Positions 9,595 through 17,320 of a DNA stretch of 37,683 nucleotides are shown here, piece after piece. Each line of letters begins with the position of its first letter. The first letter of the stretch is position 1. This stretch comes from an uncultured archaeon (lineage in GTDB: Archaea; Iainarchaeota; Iainarchaeia; Iainarchaeales; DTGL01). The position numbers and the translations under genes are program-made. The notes below the pieces were generated by a model. The model was not told the DNA's origin. It ran no database searches and worked only from the letters and a program-made list of their open reading frames with translations. The stretch is taken from NCBI GenBank assembly GCA_964551725.1, contig CAZKED010000009.1, positions 1 to 37,683 of the forward strand, given 5' to 3'.

Positions 9595-9954
9595 CTATTC
9601 AGCGTCCATCTCCCTTATAACGCATTCCTGCAAAGGACTCATTTTGGTGGGCTTTCCGCACACAGGGCAGGGAATTTCCATTTGCGATCCCAGCGAAGGC
9701 TGCATTTCCTTCAGAGGGGTTTCATGACCCTCAATGCACTTCACCCGCAGTGGCACTATTTCAATTAATATTTTCATTTTTTCCGCTATTGTGTCCTGTG
9801 CGAGCGAGCGAAGCGCGAATTTCAGTTGTTCTGGCTCGAGCATTGTCATTTCCCCCACCCGCAGGCGCAGTGCGTTCACCTTCTTAAAGCCGTGGAATTC
9901 GCATTCCTCCATTACGCGCTTCATTATGCTCAGGGCAATGGAGTACTCGTGCAT
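9595..9954 (-). CDS. hypA: Hydrogenase nickel metallochaperone HypA
   Basis: MHEYSIA N-terminus, VGEMT, CPVCG. Confidence 0.9.
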   Translation of the reverse strand: MHEYSIALSIMKRVMEECEFHGFKKVNALRLRVGEMTMLEPEQLKFALRSLAQDTIAEKMKILIEIVPLRVKCIEGHETPLKEMQPSLGSQMEIPCPVCGKPTKMSPLQECVIREMDAE

Positions 9955-10037
9955 AGCATTCTTCACATGTGGAAAATTTAAATATTCTTTGCTGCTAATA
10001 TGTTGCGGGAATAGCGCTTTTTGGCTGGTGCACTGGA

Positions 10038-10379
10038 ATGGAAGACCTCATACTGCCCTGGAAAAAAAAGAAAAGGAAAAAAAAGCAAGAGGAGAAAAAA
10101 GAGAGAGTGAAGCACGCCGTCGGCAAAAAGGGCTGGGAGCCGAGGGCGCGGAGCACTTTCAATTTCTGGTACTGCAACAGGAAAGCCGCAACGCTTGAAG
10201 AGTTCGGAGCGGCGATAGCGGAAATCCCGCTGCAGAGCTTGGAGCACCACGCCGCGCACAACGATTTCTCAAACTGGCTGAAAGACAATGCCACGCCCTT
10301 CAAAGCCGCAAAAGTGAAAAAGATTGAAAGGAAATTCAAAGGCGAGGAACTGAAGAAGAAACTTATTAAAGCGCTTTGA
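10038..10379 (+). CDS. Hypothetical protein, DUF5752-like domain with Lys-rich N-terminus
   Basis: FNFWY..AATLEEF...SLEHH...NDFSNWL pattern recalled from DUF5752-type domains. Confidence 0.55.
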   Translation: MEDLILPWKKKKRKKKQEEKKERVKHAVGKKGWEPRARSTFNFWYCNRKAATLEEFGAAIAEIPLQSLEHHAAHNDFSNWLKDNATPFKAAKVKKIERKFKGEELKKKLIKAL

Positions 10380-11651
10380 CTATTTTCTGGGTTTAACTGA
10401 AGAATGAAGCTTCGGCTCGCGCCAAACCATATGTCCGACGTCGTATTCGTCCAAAAGATACAGATAATAGCGTCCGAATTCATACCTCAACTGTAGATTT
10501 GTTCCGCTGATAGGGTGTTTATCGTGGGGGGTTCTTCTCCTTCCAATTATTCCCATGTTTGTTTCCATTTGCCTTGCAAGTCTTTTTACTTTTTCAAATG
10601 TGTCCTGCGGCATATCAATCGGCGGTTTTTCCATTTCATCAAAAATTGTCCTGTAGTTTTCTATCTCTTCAGGAGAGGCTCTTTGCGGGTAATCAATGTC
10701 AAGCCTTTCAAACCGCCGCCTGTCCCTTTCCCTCCAGGAAATCGGAATCCCCTTTTTTATAACCAGTTGGTGGATTCTGTCATCTCCGCTTGCCGGAAAG
10801 CGGTCGCCGTATTCGTCCAGTTCCTCATAACTTAAATTCCTCGTTCTTTCAAGAAATCTTCCCTCTGCTGTCAACTCCCTGCTTTCGTCTCTCAACCGGA
10901 GCTTTTTCCCTCTTACCTCTGTCATTAAATGGGCCTGTCCCTTTGGGGCAAGGATATACCAAATGTTCCGCATGCCTTTTACTTGGGGCACTTGCGTGTA
11001 AGTCAGACCGCCGGTTCTTGAAACCACAATGTGGATTTTTCCTTTTCCAAGCCTGTGCAGTTCTTCTGGAGTCAATTGATGGTAGTTTTCAGAGCTTATT
11101 GCAACCCCCCTCTTCTTCATGTTTGGATTCTGTGAGAACTCTTCCGCAAGCCTTGCGTATTCTTTTGGAGAGTAAATGTCCGTTTTAATTATTTTTACCC
11201 TTAAGCCCCTCCTCTTGCATTCCATTGCAAGTTCTTCCCCTGTAGTACTAAAACCGCAGCCTTCAATCAGTACATTTATTTCCCTCCCGGGATAGTGACC
11301 CTGCATTTCTTCCACTAGCGCGGGAAGGTTCACCTCCATCTGCTTACACGTAGCCTTGAGGTTCCACTGGTCAATAGGGGATTTTAATACTTTGTAGCCT
11401 TGCCTTTCCAATTTTGCAGCAGCGCCCGGATCCAAATGCCGCCTCCAAATTCCCGGTCTCGCACTTCTCTTTGCCTCTGCAATCTTTCTCCTGTCCGTTG
11501 CAGTTAATCTGGGGACTCCTTCCCTAATGCGACGCCTGCCCCTACTCGCTGTCCTATCAGCCCGCAAAGTTCTGCGATTCCTGCCCCTTACAGCAGTACG
11601 CCTTGCTTGCGCTCTCTTCCGGTTGGCGGCATAACCCCGAATTCTTTGCAT
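10380..11651 (-). CDS. Orphan protein, Arg-rich N-terminus plus SAM-methyltransferase-like core
   Basis: 423-aa ORF; INVLIEGCG (motif I-like), IKTD, ILAPKG; leaderless, with TTTATTAA starting 29 nt upstream of the ATG. Confidence 0.6.
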   Translation of the reverse strand: MQRIRGYAANRKRAQARRTAVRGRNRRTLRADRTASRGRRRIREGVPRLTATDRRKIAEAKRSARPGIWRRHLDPGAAAKLERQGYKVLKSPIDQWNLKATCKQMEVNLPALVEEMQGHYPGREINVLIEGCGFSTTGEELAMECKRRGLRVKIIKTDIYSPKEYARLAEEFSQNPNMKKRGVAISSENYHQLTPEELHRLGKGKIHIVVSRTGGLTYTQVPQVKGMRNIWYILAPKGQAHLMTEVRGKKLRLRDESRELTAEGRFLERTRNLSYEELDEYGDRFPASGDDRIHQLVIKKGIPISWRERDRRRFERLDIDYPQRASPEEIENYRTIFDEMEKPPIDMPQDTFEKVKRLARQMETNMGIIGRRRTPHDKHPISGTNLQLRYEFGRYYLYLLDEYDVGHMVWREPKLHSSVKPRK

Positions 11652-11849
11652 AAATAAATTATCTCCCTGCAGTTAATAAACCTTTTTCTGTTTTCCTGCT
11701 GAAACGCGCTTTTAGCGCGCCTGGAGAAAAAACCCAAAAAAAGCCCTGAAAGGGCTTTTTCCGCGTGTTTTAGGGCATGTATTTATAATAGTTATTGTTC
11801 AGATTTTAACGTTTAAAGCATATTTAACACGCTTTAAGGAGGTTTTAGA

Positions 11850-12023
11850 ATGGAAGACTTGGTTGTGAAATCAAAGGCAAGAGAATACGTGAAAGCAAAA
11901 GGCGTCAGAATCAGCGGGGAAGTATTCGACGCACTGAGCAGAAACATTGCTGTGGACCTTGACGGCGCAATCGCAAGGGCTAAAAGCAACGGAAGAAAGA
12001 CAATAAAGGCATTCGATTTGTGA
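11850..12023 (+). CDS. Short histone-fold protein (57 aa; absent from the ORF track)
   Basis: Translated by hand: MEDLVVKSKAREYVKAKGVRISGEVFDALSRNIAVDLDGAIARAKSNGRKTIKAFDL; histone RIS and RKTIKxxD motifs; AAGGAGG RBS at 11836-11842; T-tract after the stop. Confidence 0.85.
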   Translation: MEDLVVKSKAREYVKAKGVRISGEVFDALSRNIAVDLDGAIARAKSNGRKTIKAFDL

Positions 12024-12120
12024 ATGCTTTTTTTCTTCCTTTTTTCTTTTTTTAATCCGTTCCAGGGGGCTGGCGGAACCCAAAAAAAGCAGCCGTAAGG
12101 CTGTTCAGCGCTGTACGCAA

Positions 12121-12627
12121 TCAGGGAATAATCCTCTCAATCTCGTAGTAATTGATGTCGTTCTCCGAGTCAACGACCGCGAGCAATACGACCGTGTTGA
12201 TGTTGCCTGCAAGGCGAACCATCCTGCTCAAAGAAGGCATCCTTAAGGACTGGCCCGCCGTTGCAATGTGCACGCACCACTGGGTGTGCTCTTCCCCCGG
12301 TTTTTTTCCGCGCGGGTAAACGCGCAAATCAAAACCGAACTTGAACCCCGTTTTAACCACAAAACCGCGGTCGCGCAAGTCGCGGAACACCAAAAACTTT
12401 GAGTAGAATTTTTTCTCGCCTTTTTCTCCCAGCGCGAGCAGTTCTTTTTCCTTCACTTTCCTTTTTCCCTTTTTCACTGCGAGCTTTTCCTTTTCGAGCA
12501 AATAAAGGGCTTCCTTCAGGTCAAGGACAAGTTTCCTGCCTTCGAGTTCGCCGAAACCCTTGCCTATCAATCGGTCCCTCTCCCTTTTTTCTTCCACTAA
12601 AACCTTGTCTTCCACCAGTTCAGCCAT
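12121..12627 (-). CDS. endA: tRNA-intron endonuclease subunit
   Basis: LDLKEALYL, VFRDLRDRGFVVKTGFKFG..RVY...EEH and VDSENDINYY motifs. Confidence 0.88.
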   Translation of the reverse strand: MAELVEDKVLVEEKRERDRLIGKGFGELEGRKLVLDLKEALYLLEKEKLAVKKGKRKVKEKELLALGEKGEKKFYSKFLVFRDLRDRGFVVKTGFKFGFDLRVYPRGKKPGEEHTQWCVHIATAGQSLRMPSLSRMVRLAGNINTVVLLAVVDSENDINYYEIERIIP

Positions 12628-12699
12628 TTAACACACCTATAACGCAGCTTACCAGAAAGGTTATTAAATAAGAAAGAATAATAATAAAAGAGTGATTTC

Positions 12700-13800
12700 A
12701 TGGATTCAGGGCAAAAAACGGCAAAGATTGACCCGTGGTCCTCAAAGGGAATTGAAAACTACGAGCACGTTTTCAGGGAATTCGGAATGAAGGCATTCCC
12801 GCAATCCTGGAGAAAGAAACTGAGGCACAGGTTTTTTGAGAGGAATTTGGTCATTGCTCACAGGGGCTTCGAGCCGGTAATGAAGCGCATTGAGACGGGA
12901 AAACCGTTCATAAACATGACAGGCATTGCCTCTTCCGGAAAATTCCACTTAGGGCACAAAGTGGACATCGACCTGTTCAAGTTCTTCAAAGAACGGGGAG
13001 CGCACAACTACTTCGCGATAGCGGACATTGACGGTTATGCGAGCAGGGAAAAAATAAAAACAATGCGGGAAGCGAAAAAAATAGCCGCGGACAACCTGGC
13101 GCACGCTCTTGCGCTTGGACTGGAGGAAAAAGACATTTACGTGCAGAGCACGCAGCCCCCGCGCTACTTCGAGTTCACGTTCGAATTGAGCAAGAAAATA
13201 ACAAGGAACATGTTCGAAGCAGTGTACGGTCACGTTGATTTGGGAAAAGTGAGCGCGGCCATACTGCAGTACGCCGACATACTGCATCCCCAGCTGCAAG
13301 AATACAGCAGCAAAATGCCCTCGGTCACAGGCATTGGCTTGGACCAGGACCCGCACGCCCGCTTGACCCGGGACATCGCGCGCAGGCTGCCCTACGAATT
13401 CGAAATGCCGGGATTCATCTACTTCAAGCACCAGAGCGGATTGATGGAGGGAAGCAAAATGAGCTCTTCGCAGCCGGAAACCGCCGTATTCCTCTCTGAC
13501 AGCGAGAAGGAAGTGAAGAAGAAAATAGGCAATGCTTTTACCGGCGGCAGGGAAACCGTTGAACTGCAGAGGAAGCTCGGCGGCAACCCGGATATCTGCA
13601 AGGTCTGCGAAATTCTCCGCTTCCACTATCCTGACACAGGGGAAGTGGAGCGCATAATGCGGGAGTGCCGCGAAGGAAAGCGCCTGTGCGGGGAAACAAA
13701 GGAATTCACAATTGAATTCCTGAACAAATTCCTAAAAGAACACCAAGCGAAAGTGGAAAAGAACAGGAAGAAAGCGGAAAGAATTGTTAATGGGAAATGA
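12700..13800 (+). CDS. trpS: Tryptophanyl-tRNA synthetase (archaeal type)
   Basis: IDPW N-terminus, HLGH (HIGH), GLDQDPH, KMSSS, AFTGGR. Confidence 0.92.
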   Translation: MDSGQKTAKIDPWSSKGIENYEHVFREFGMKAFPQSWRKKLRHRFFERNLVIAHRGFEPVMKRIETGKPFINMTGIASSGKFHLGHKVDIDLFKFFKERGAHNYFAIADIDGYASREKIKTMREAKKIAADNLAHALALGLEEKDIYVQSTQPPRYFEFTFELSKKITRNMFEAVYGHVDLGKVSAAILQYADILHPQLQEYSSKMPSVTGIGLDQDPHARLTRDIARRLPYEFEMPGFIYFKHQSGLMEGSKMSSSQPETAVFLSDSEKEVKKKIGNAFTGGRETVELQRKLGGNPDICKVCEILRFHYPDTGEVERIMRECREGKRLCGETKEFTIEFLNKFLKEHQAKVEKNRKKAERIVNGK

Positions 13801-13822
13801 AAAAAATAAAAGGGCGGATTCC

Positions 13823-14953
13823 TCAGCGCACCTTGTTGTTTTCGTGCTCCGGCACGCACCATGTGCATTTCTTCAAAAGTCTGTCCTTGGCGATTGACAT
13901 CGCCGCCCTGCGCGTGTAACCGCGGTCTCTCGCGTGCTCCAGAACGTACTTTGTGTTCTCCGTTATCTTTTTTTCAATCATTTCGAACATTTCCTTTTCC
14001 GTTCCTTCGATAAACTCAACGTAGCTCGAAATCACCCCGCCGGCGTTCGCGACAAAATCGGGAACGACAAGCTTTCCCGCATCGGCGAGCCTTTCCTCCA
14101 CTTCCCGCGTCATGGGAATATTGGAGCCCTGCGAGATTATTTTCGCCTTCACCTGCGGAACCTCGTGCATTTTCACGAGGTCCGGGACAGCCGCAGTGAC
14201 AAGAATGTCAACATCCAGTCCAATGATTGAATGGCGCTCCATTTTCTCCGCCTTTCCCTTGTATCCCGTAACAGAGCCGGTTTTTTTCACCGCATCCATC
14301 AATCCATCGTATTCAAGGCCGTCCTTGCTGTACATGAGCCCCTTAATGTCCGAAATTCCCGCAAGTCTGGCGCCTTCTTCGCTCAGGAATTTTCCCACAA
14401 AGCTTCCGACGTTTCCGAATCCCTCGATTGCAACACTGGCATCCGCCAAATCCATTCCGGTGTGTTCCGCTGCAACCTTTGTCGCATGGAACACGCCGAA
14501 GCCTGTCGAGCCGAGTTCGTGCGGCAGCCCTCCCATGTCTTTCGGTTTTCCGGTGCAGGCTTTTTTCGTTCCAACTGTTTCGGAGAAAATCCTCATTTCA
14601 TCCTCGCCCACGTTCATGTCCGGGGCAGCAACATATTTTTCGGGAACAAATGTTTCCACCCTTTCGGCGAATGCCTTCATCAATTCGGCTTTCCTTTCCT
14701 TAGAGGGCATATCGCTGTCGCACTGTATTCCGCTTTTTGCGCCGCCGAACGGCAGTTCAGCGAGAGCGCACTTCCATGTCATCGCTCTTGCTAACTTTGC
14801 AACCTCGTCCACAGTGACCGTAGAGGTCATCCTTATGCCGCCCTTTCCCGGACCCAGAGCGGTGTTGTCTATCACCAGAAAACCGCGCAGTCCGACCTTC
14901 GGATTGTAGACCTGTATAATTTTTTCAGGACCATAGCCGTCATATTCAACCAT
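13823..14953 (-). CDS. gdhA: Glu/Leu/Phe/Val dehydrogenase (probable glutamate dehydrogenase)
   Basis: GPGKGGIR, MTWK, GGAKSG, APDMN, GFGNVG and PDFVANAGGV motifs; start placed at MVEYDG. Confidence 0.82.
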   Translation of the reverse strand: MVEYDGYGPEKIIQVYNPKVGLRGFLVIDNTALGPGKGGIRMTSTVTVDEVAKLARAMTWKCALAELPFGGAKSGIQCDSDMPSKERKAELMKAFAERVETFVPEKYVAAPDMNVGEDEMRIFSETVGTKKACTGKPKDMGGLPHELGSTGFGVFHATKVAAEHTGMDLADASVAIEGFGNVGSFVGKFLSEEGARLAGISDIKGLMYSKDGLEYDGLMDAVKKTGSVTGYKGKAEKMERHSIIGLDVDILVTAAVPDLVKMHEVPQVKAKIISQGSNIPMTREVEERLADAGKLVVPDFVANAGGVISSYVEFIEGTEKEMFEMIEKKITENTKYVLEHARDRGYTRRAAMSIAKDRLLKKCTWCVPEHENNKVR

Positions 14954-15177
14954 CAAACCACCATTAAACGTTGTAAAAAAAACTCCCAAACCCGAGGGGA
15001 AGAGATTAATTGGAAGCGTAAAAAGATTTAAAAACCATGCCATTTTCCTCCAACTTATACATAATAAAAAATTAATTTTTAATCAAAAAGAGAATAAATT
15101 CCCGAAAATCCGAACAAAAATTAAAAAGGCAGCGAGAAAATATTAATATTTCTCCGAAAAACCTGCGGAGTGGTTTT

Positions 15178-15582
15178 TTATTCTTCCGCGCTTTCCTCTG
15201 CTCCGCGGACTTCCACAGTCCTCACCCTGTACGCTTTCTGCTTTTTGAGGAATTCCACGATCTCGGAGAAAAACTGGCTGTCTTCCCTGAGCAGCACAAC
15301 GCTGTCCGCTTTCCTGAGCTTTGCGGTGTGGTCAATGCTTGTCTTTGTGTCGCCCCACTTGAGCAGGGTATCGCAGGACTTGCGCATTTTTCCTATTCTT
15401 TCCCTTACTGAATCCATTACCTTCTGCCCCTGCGCTATTTCCGCAGCGGTGAAGCCCGAAGTCATTGAGGGGCTTGTGTCTATCACAAGCAAAAGCATTA
15501 TTTCCCTTGCTTTTGCGGACGCCTTTTTAATGAATTCCTCGCTGTCCTCCTTTTTCGAGAGAATGGGTATGAGAACTTTCAT
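15178..15582 (-). CDS. Universal stress protein-like
   Basis: MKVLIP..., LLLVID, WGDT..SI...A....ADSVVL pattern. Confidence 0.65.
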   Translation of the reverse strand: MKVLIPILSKKEDSEEFIKKASAKAREIMLLLVIDTSPSMTSGFTAAEIAQGQKVMDSVRERIGKMRKSCDTLLKWGDTKTSIDHTAKLRKADSVVLLREDSQFFSEIVEFLKKQKAYRVRTVEVRGAEESAEE

Positions 15583-15610
15583 TTTTTCAGCCCTTATATT
15601 GCATGAAATA

Positions 15611-16369
15611 TTATGTAACGTAAGAGTATAATTCCTTTCTTTTTTCCGTTATTTCCCCCTCTTCCCTCAGGAACTCGCACACAACCTTGACCAAGGGCTT
15701 CTTGAGGTTCAACGCGTCTGACAGCGCGTCCGCGCTGACGGGGGAATGCCCTTTTATGTACCTGAGCACTTCCGGGGAATGTTTTTCGTAAAGCTCCTTT
15801 TTTATTACGACGTAATCCCCGTCAAAGGATTTCACGCCCAGTATTTCCTTTTTCTTTATCTGCTCCCTGAATTTATCGGAGAGCTCTTTTGCCTTGCCCT
15901 CGCTTTTCGTAACGGTAAAATCGTCCCTTTCAAGCGAGAATGCCTCCTCTATCGAGCTCGGTTCCCTGCGGGTTTTCTCCGCGGGATGCTTTATCAGGGC
16001 ATCCGAGTCGATTTCCCTCTTTGTTTTGTAAATTGCTTTTTTGTATTTGTCGGAGAGCCTGAAGGGAACTATTTTTCCCTCACCTTTCATTTTTTCGAAG
16101 TGCTTTTTTTCCTCCGCGCCGAGCTTCTTCTCGAATTTTCCCTCCACCCTGTCGCTAAGATTCGCTCTTTCGAGCAGGTCCGAGAGCCTTTTATCCAGTT
16201 TCACTTCTCTTGTCCGAGGGGACTTTTCCTTTCCCTCGGTGAGAAGGAAAATGCCGGGCTTTGCCTTTGCCGCTTCATACTCCCTCGCAGGATTCAAACC
16301 GAGTTCCCGCGCTTCCTCAGCGCTGAACTCAAGGGAAACCCCTTTCTCCGTTTTTTTCAGTTCGGGCAT
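15611..16369 (-). CDS. Hypothetical protein with C-terminal winged HTH
   Basis: VSADALSDALNLKKPLVKVVCEFLREEGEITEKRK wHTH-like C-terminus; N-terminus weakly AbrB-like. Confidence 0.6.
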   Translation of the reverse strand: MPELKKTEKGVSLEFSAEEARELGLNPAREYEAAKAKPGIFLLTEGKEKSPRTREVKLDKRLSDLLERANLSDRVEGKFEKKLGAEEKKHFEKMKGEGKIVPFRLSDKYKKAIYKTKREIDSDALIKHPAEKTRREPSSIEEAFSLERDDFTVTKSEGKAKELSDKFREQIKKKEILGVKSFDGDYVVIKKELYEKHSPEVLRYIKGHSPVSADALSDALNLKKPLVKVVCEFLREEGEITEKRKELYSYVT

Positions 16370-16531
16370 GCTCTCGGAAACAATTAGATTGAAAAGTATT
16401 AATAAAATAATTGAACCCCTTCTCCCTGAACCTTTTTCTTTCTTTTGGGCAACTTGCGCTTTACTTATCCTGAAACTATTTTCTTTTTTCGCAACTTACC
16501 TTTTTTCTTTCTTAAAGAAAAAAGGCAGGAA

Positions 16532-16606
16532 TGGACCCAACGGGATTCGAACCCGTGGCCTCCGCCTTGCGAAGGCGGCGCTCTAAACCAACTGAGCTAT
16601 GGGCCC
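16532..16606 (-). tRNA. tRNA-Ala (anticodon CGC), no intron, CCA not encoded
   Basis: Reverse complement GGGCCCATAGCTCAGTTGGTTTAGAGCGCCGCCTTCGCAAGGCGGAGGCCACGGGTTCGAATCCCGTTGGGTCCA folds as a cloverleaf with a G3:U70 pair. Confidence 0.96.
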
Positions 16607-16687
16607 GCGACAGGCACGCCACGGCTCCATAATTAAAAGTATCCGGGATTAAAATAAAAAGGCGGCAGTAAGCCGAAAAGGCGGCAT

Positions 16688-17173
16688 TCACCCAGAAAAC
16701 ATTGCCTGCAGTTTCACGCCAAACTGTATTGCTTTTGGAAAGTCCCCGTCCATTACCGCTTCCTCTAACTCGTCCAGGGTTTCAATGCACTCGCTGTAGC
16801 CCCTCAACCCGCATTCCTCCCTTATCTGCGAGAGATATTCGGCAACCTTCTCGTAATCCTGCTGCGCGAAGGACTGCTGGGTTGACGCCACTAAGTCAGC
16901 CATCTCGGAATCCTTGTACTTCGGGCTCTCAAAATCACCCGCACCGCCCACCGAATAAGGAATGGAGAACGGGGAAAAACCGCTTTCCCCTCCCGCCAGG
17001 TCTCCGGCGGAAGCCATGCCAAGCAGGGGAGCGGCCTGCCCGAGCAGGGGGGCAACCTGCTGCACCAGCGCGAGAACCCCGAGGAAAACAACTATTCCGC
17101 CGATGAAGAGCACTATGAGCAGCAGGTCGCGTATTATTGCTATTACGTCCCTGGCCGTCTGCAGCTTTCCCAT
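16688..17173 (-). CDS. Hypothetical membrane-anchored protein
   Basis: N-terminal hydrophobic helix, AGGAGG RBS, acidic helical C-terminal domain. Confidence 0.7.
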   Translation of the reverse strand: MGKLQTARDVIAIIRDLLLIVLFIGGIVVFLGVLALVQQVAPLLGQAAPLLGMASAGDLAGGESGFSPFSIPYSVGGAGDFESPKYKDSEMADLVASTQQSFAQQDYEKVAEYLSQIREECGLRGYSECIETLDELEEAVMDGDFPKAIQFGVKLQAMFSG

Positions 17174-17320
17174 AAAAAACCTCCTTGAATGAAAAATAAA
17201 TGCAATATTAAGGAATCCGGAATATTTATTACTTTCCCCGCCGCTTTCCGTGGCGGAAAGGAAAGCAAAAACATTTATTATAGTTTAATCCTATTATTAA
17301 GCGCGAGGAAGGCGGAGAGA

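Noticed and set aside
11871-12083. 70-aa minus-strand ORF from the track
   Set aside because: It overlaps the better-supported plus-strand histone ORF.
16532-16606. tRNA as an integration site for a mobile element
   Set aside because: I saw no duplicated tRNA 3' end and no integrase in the window.
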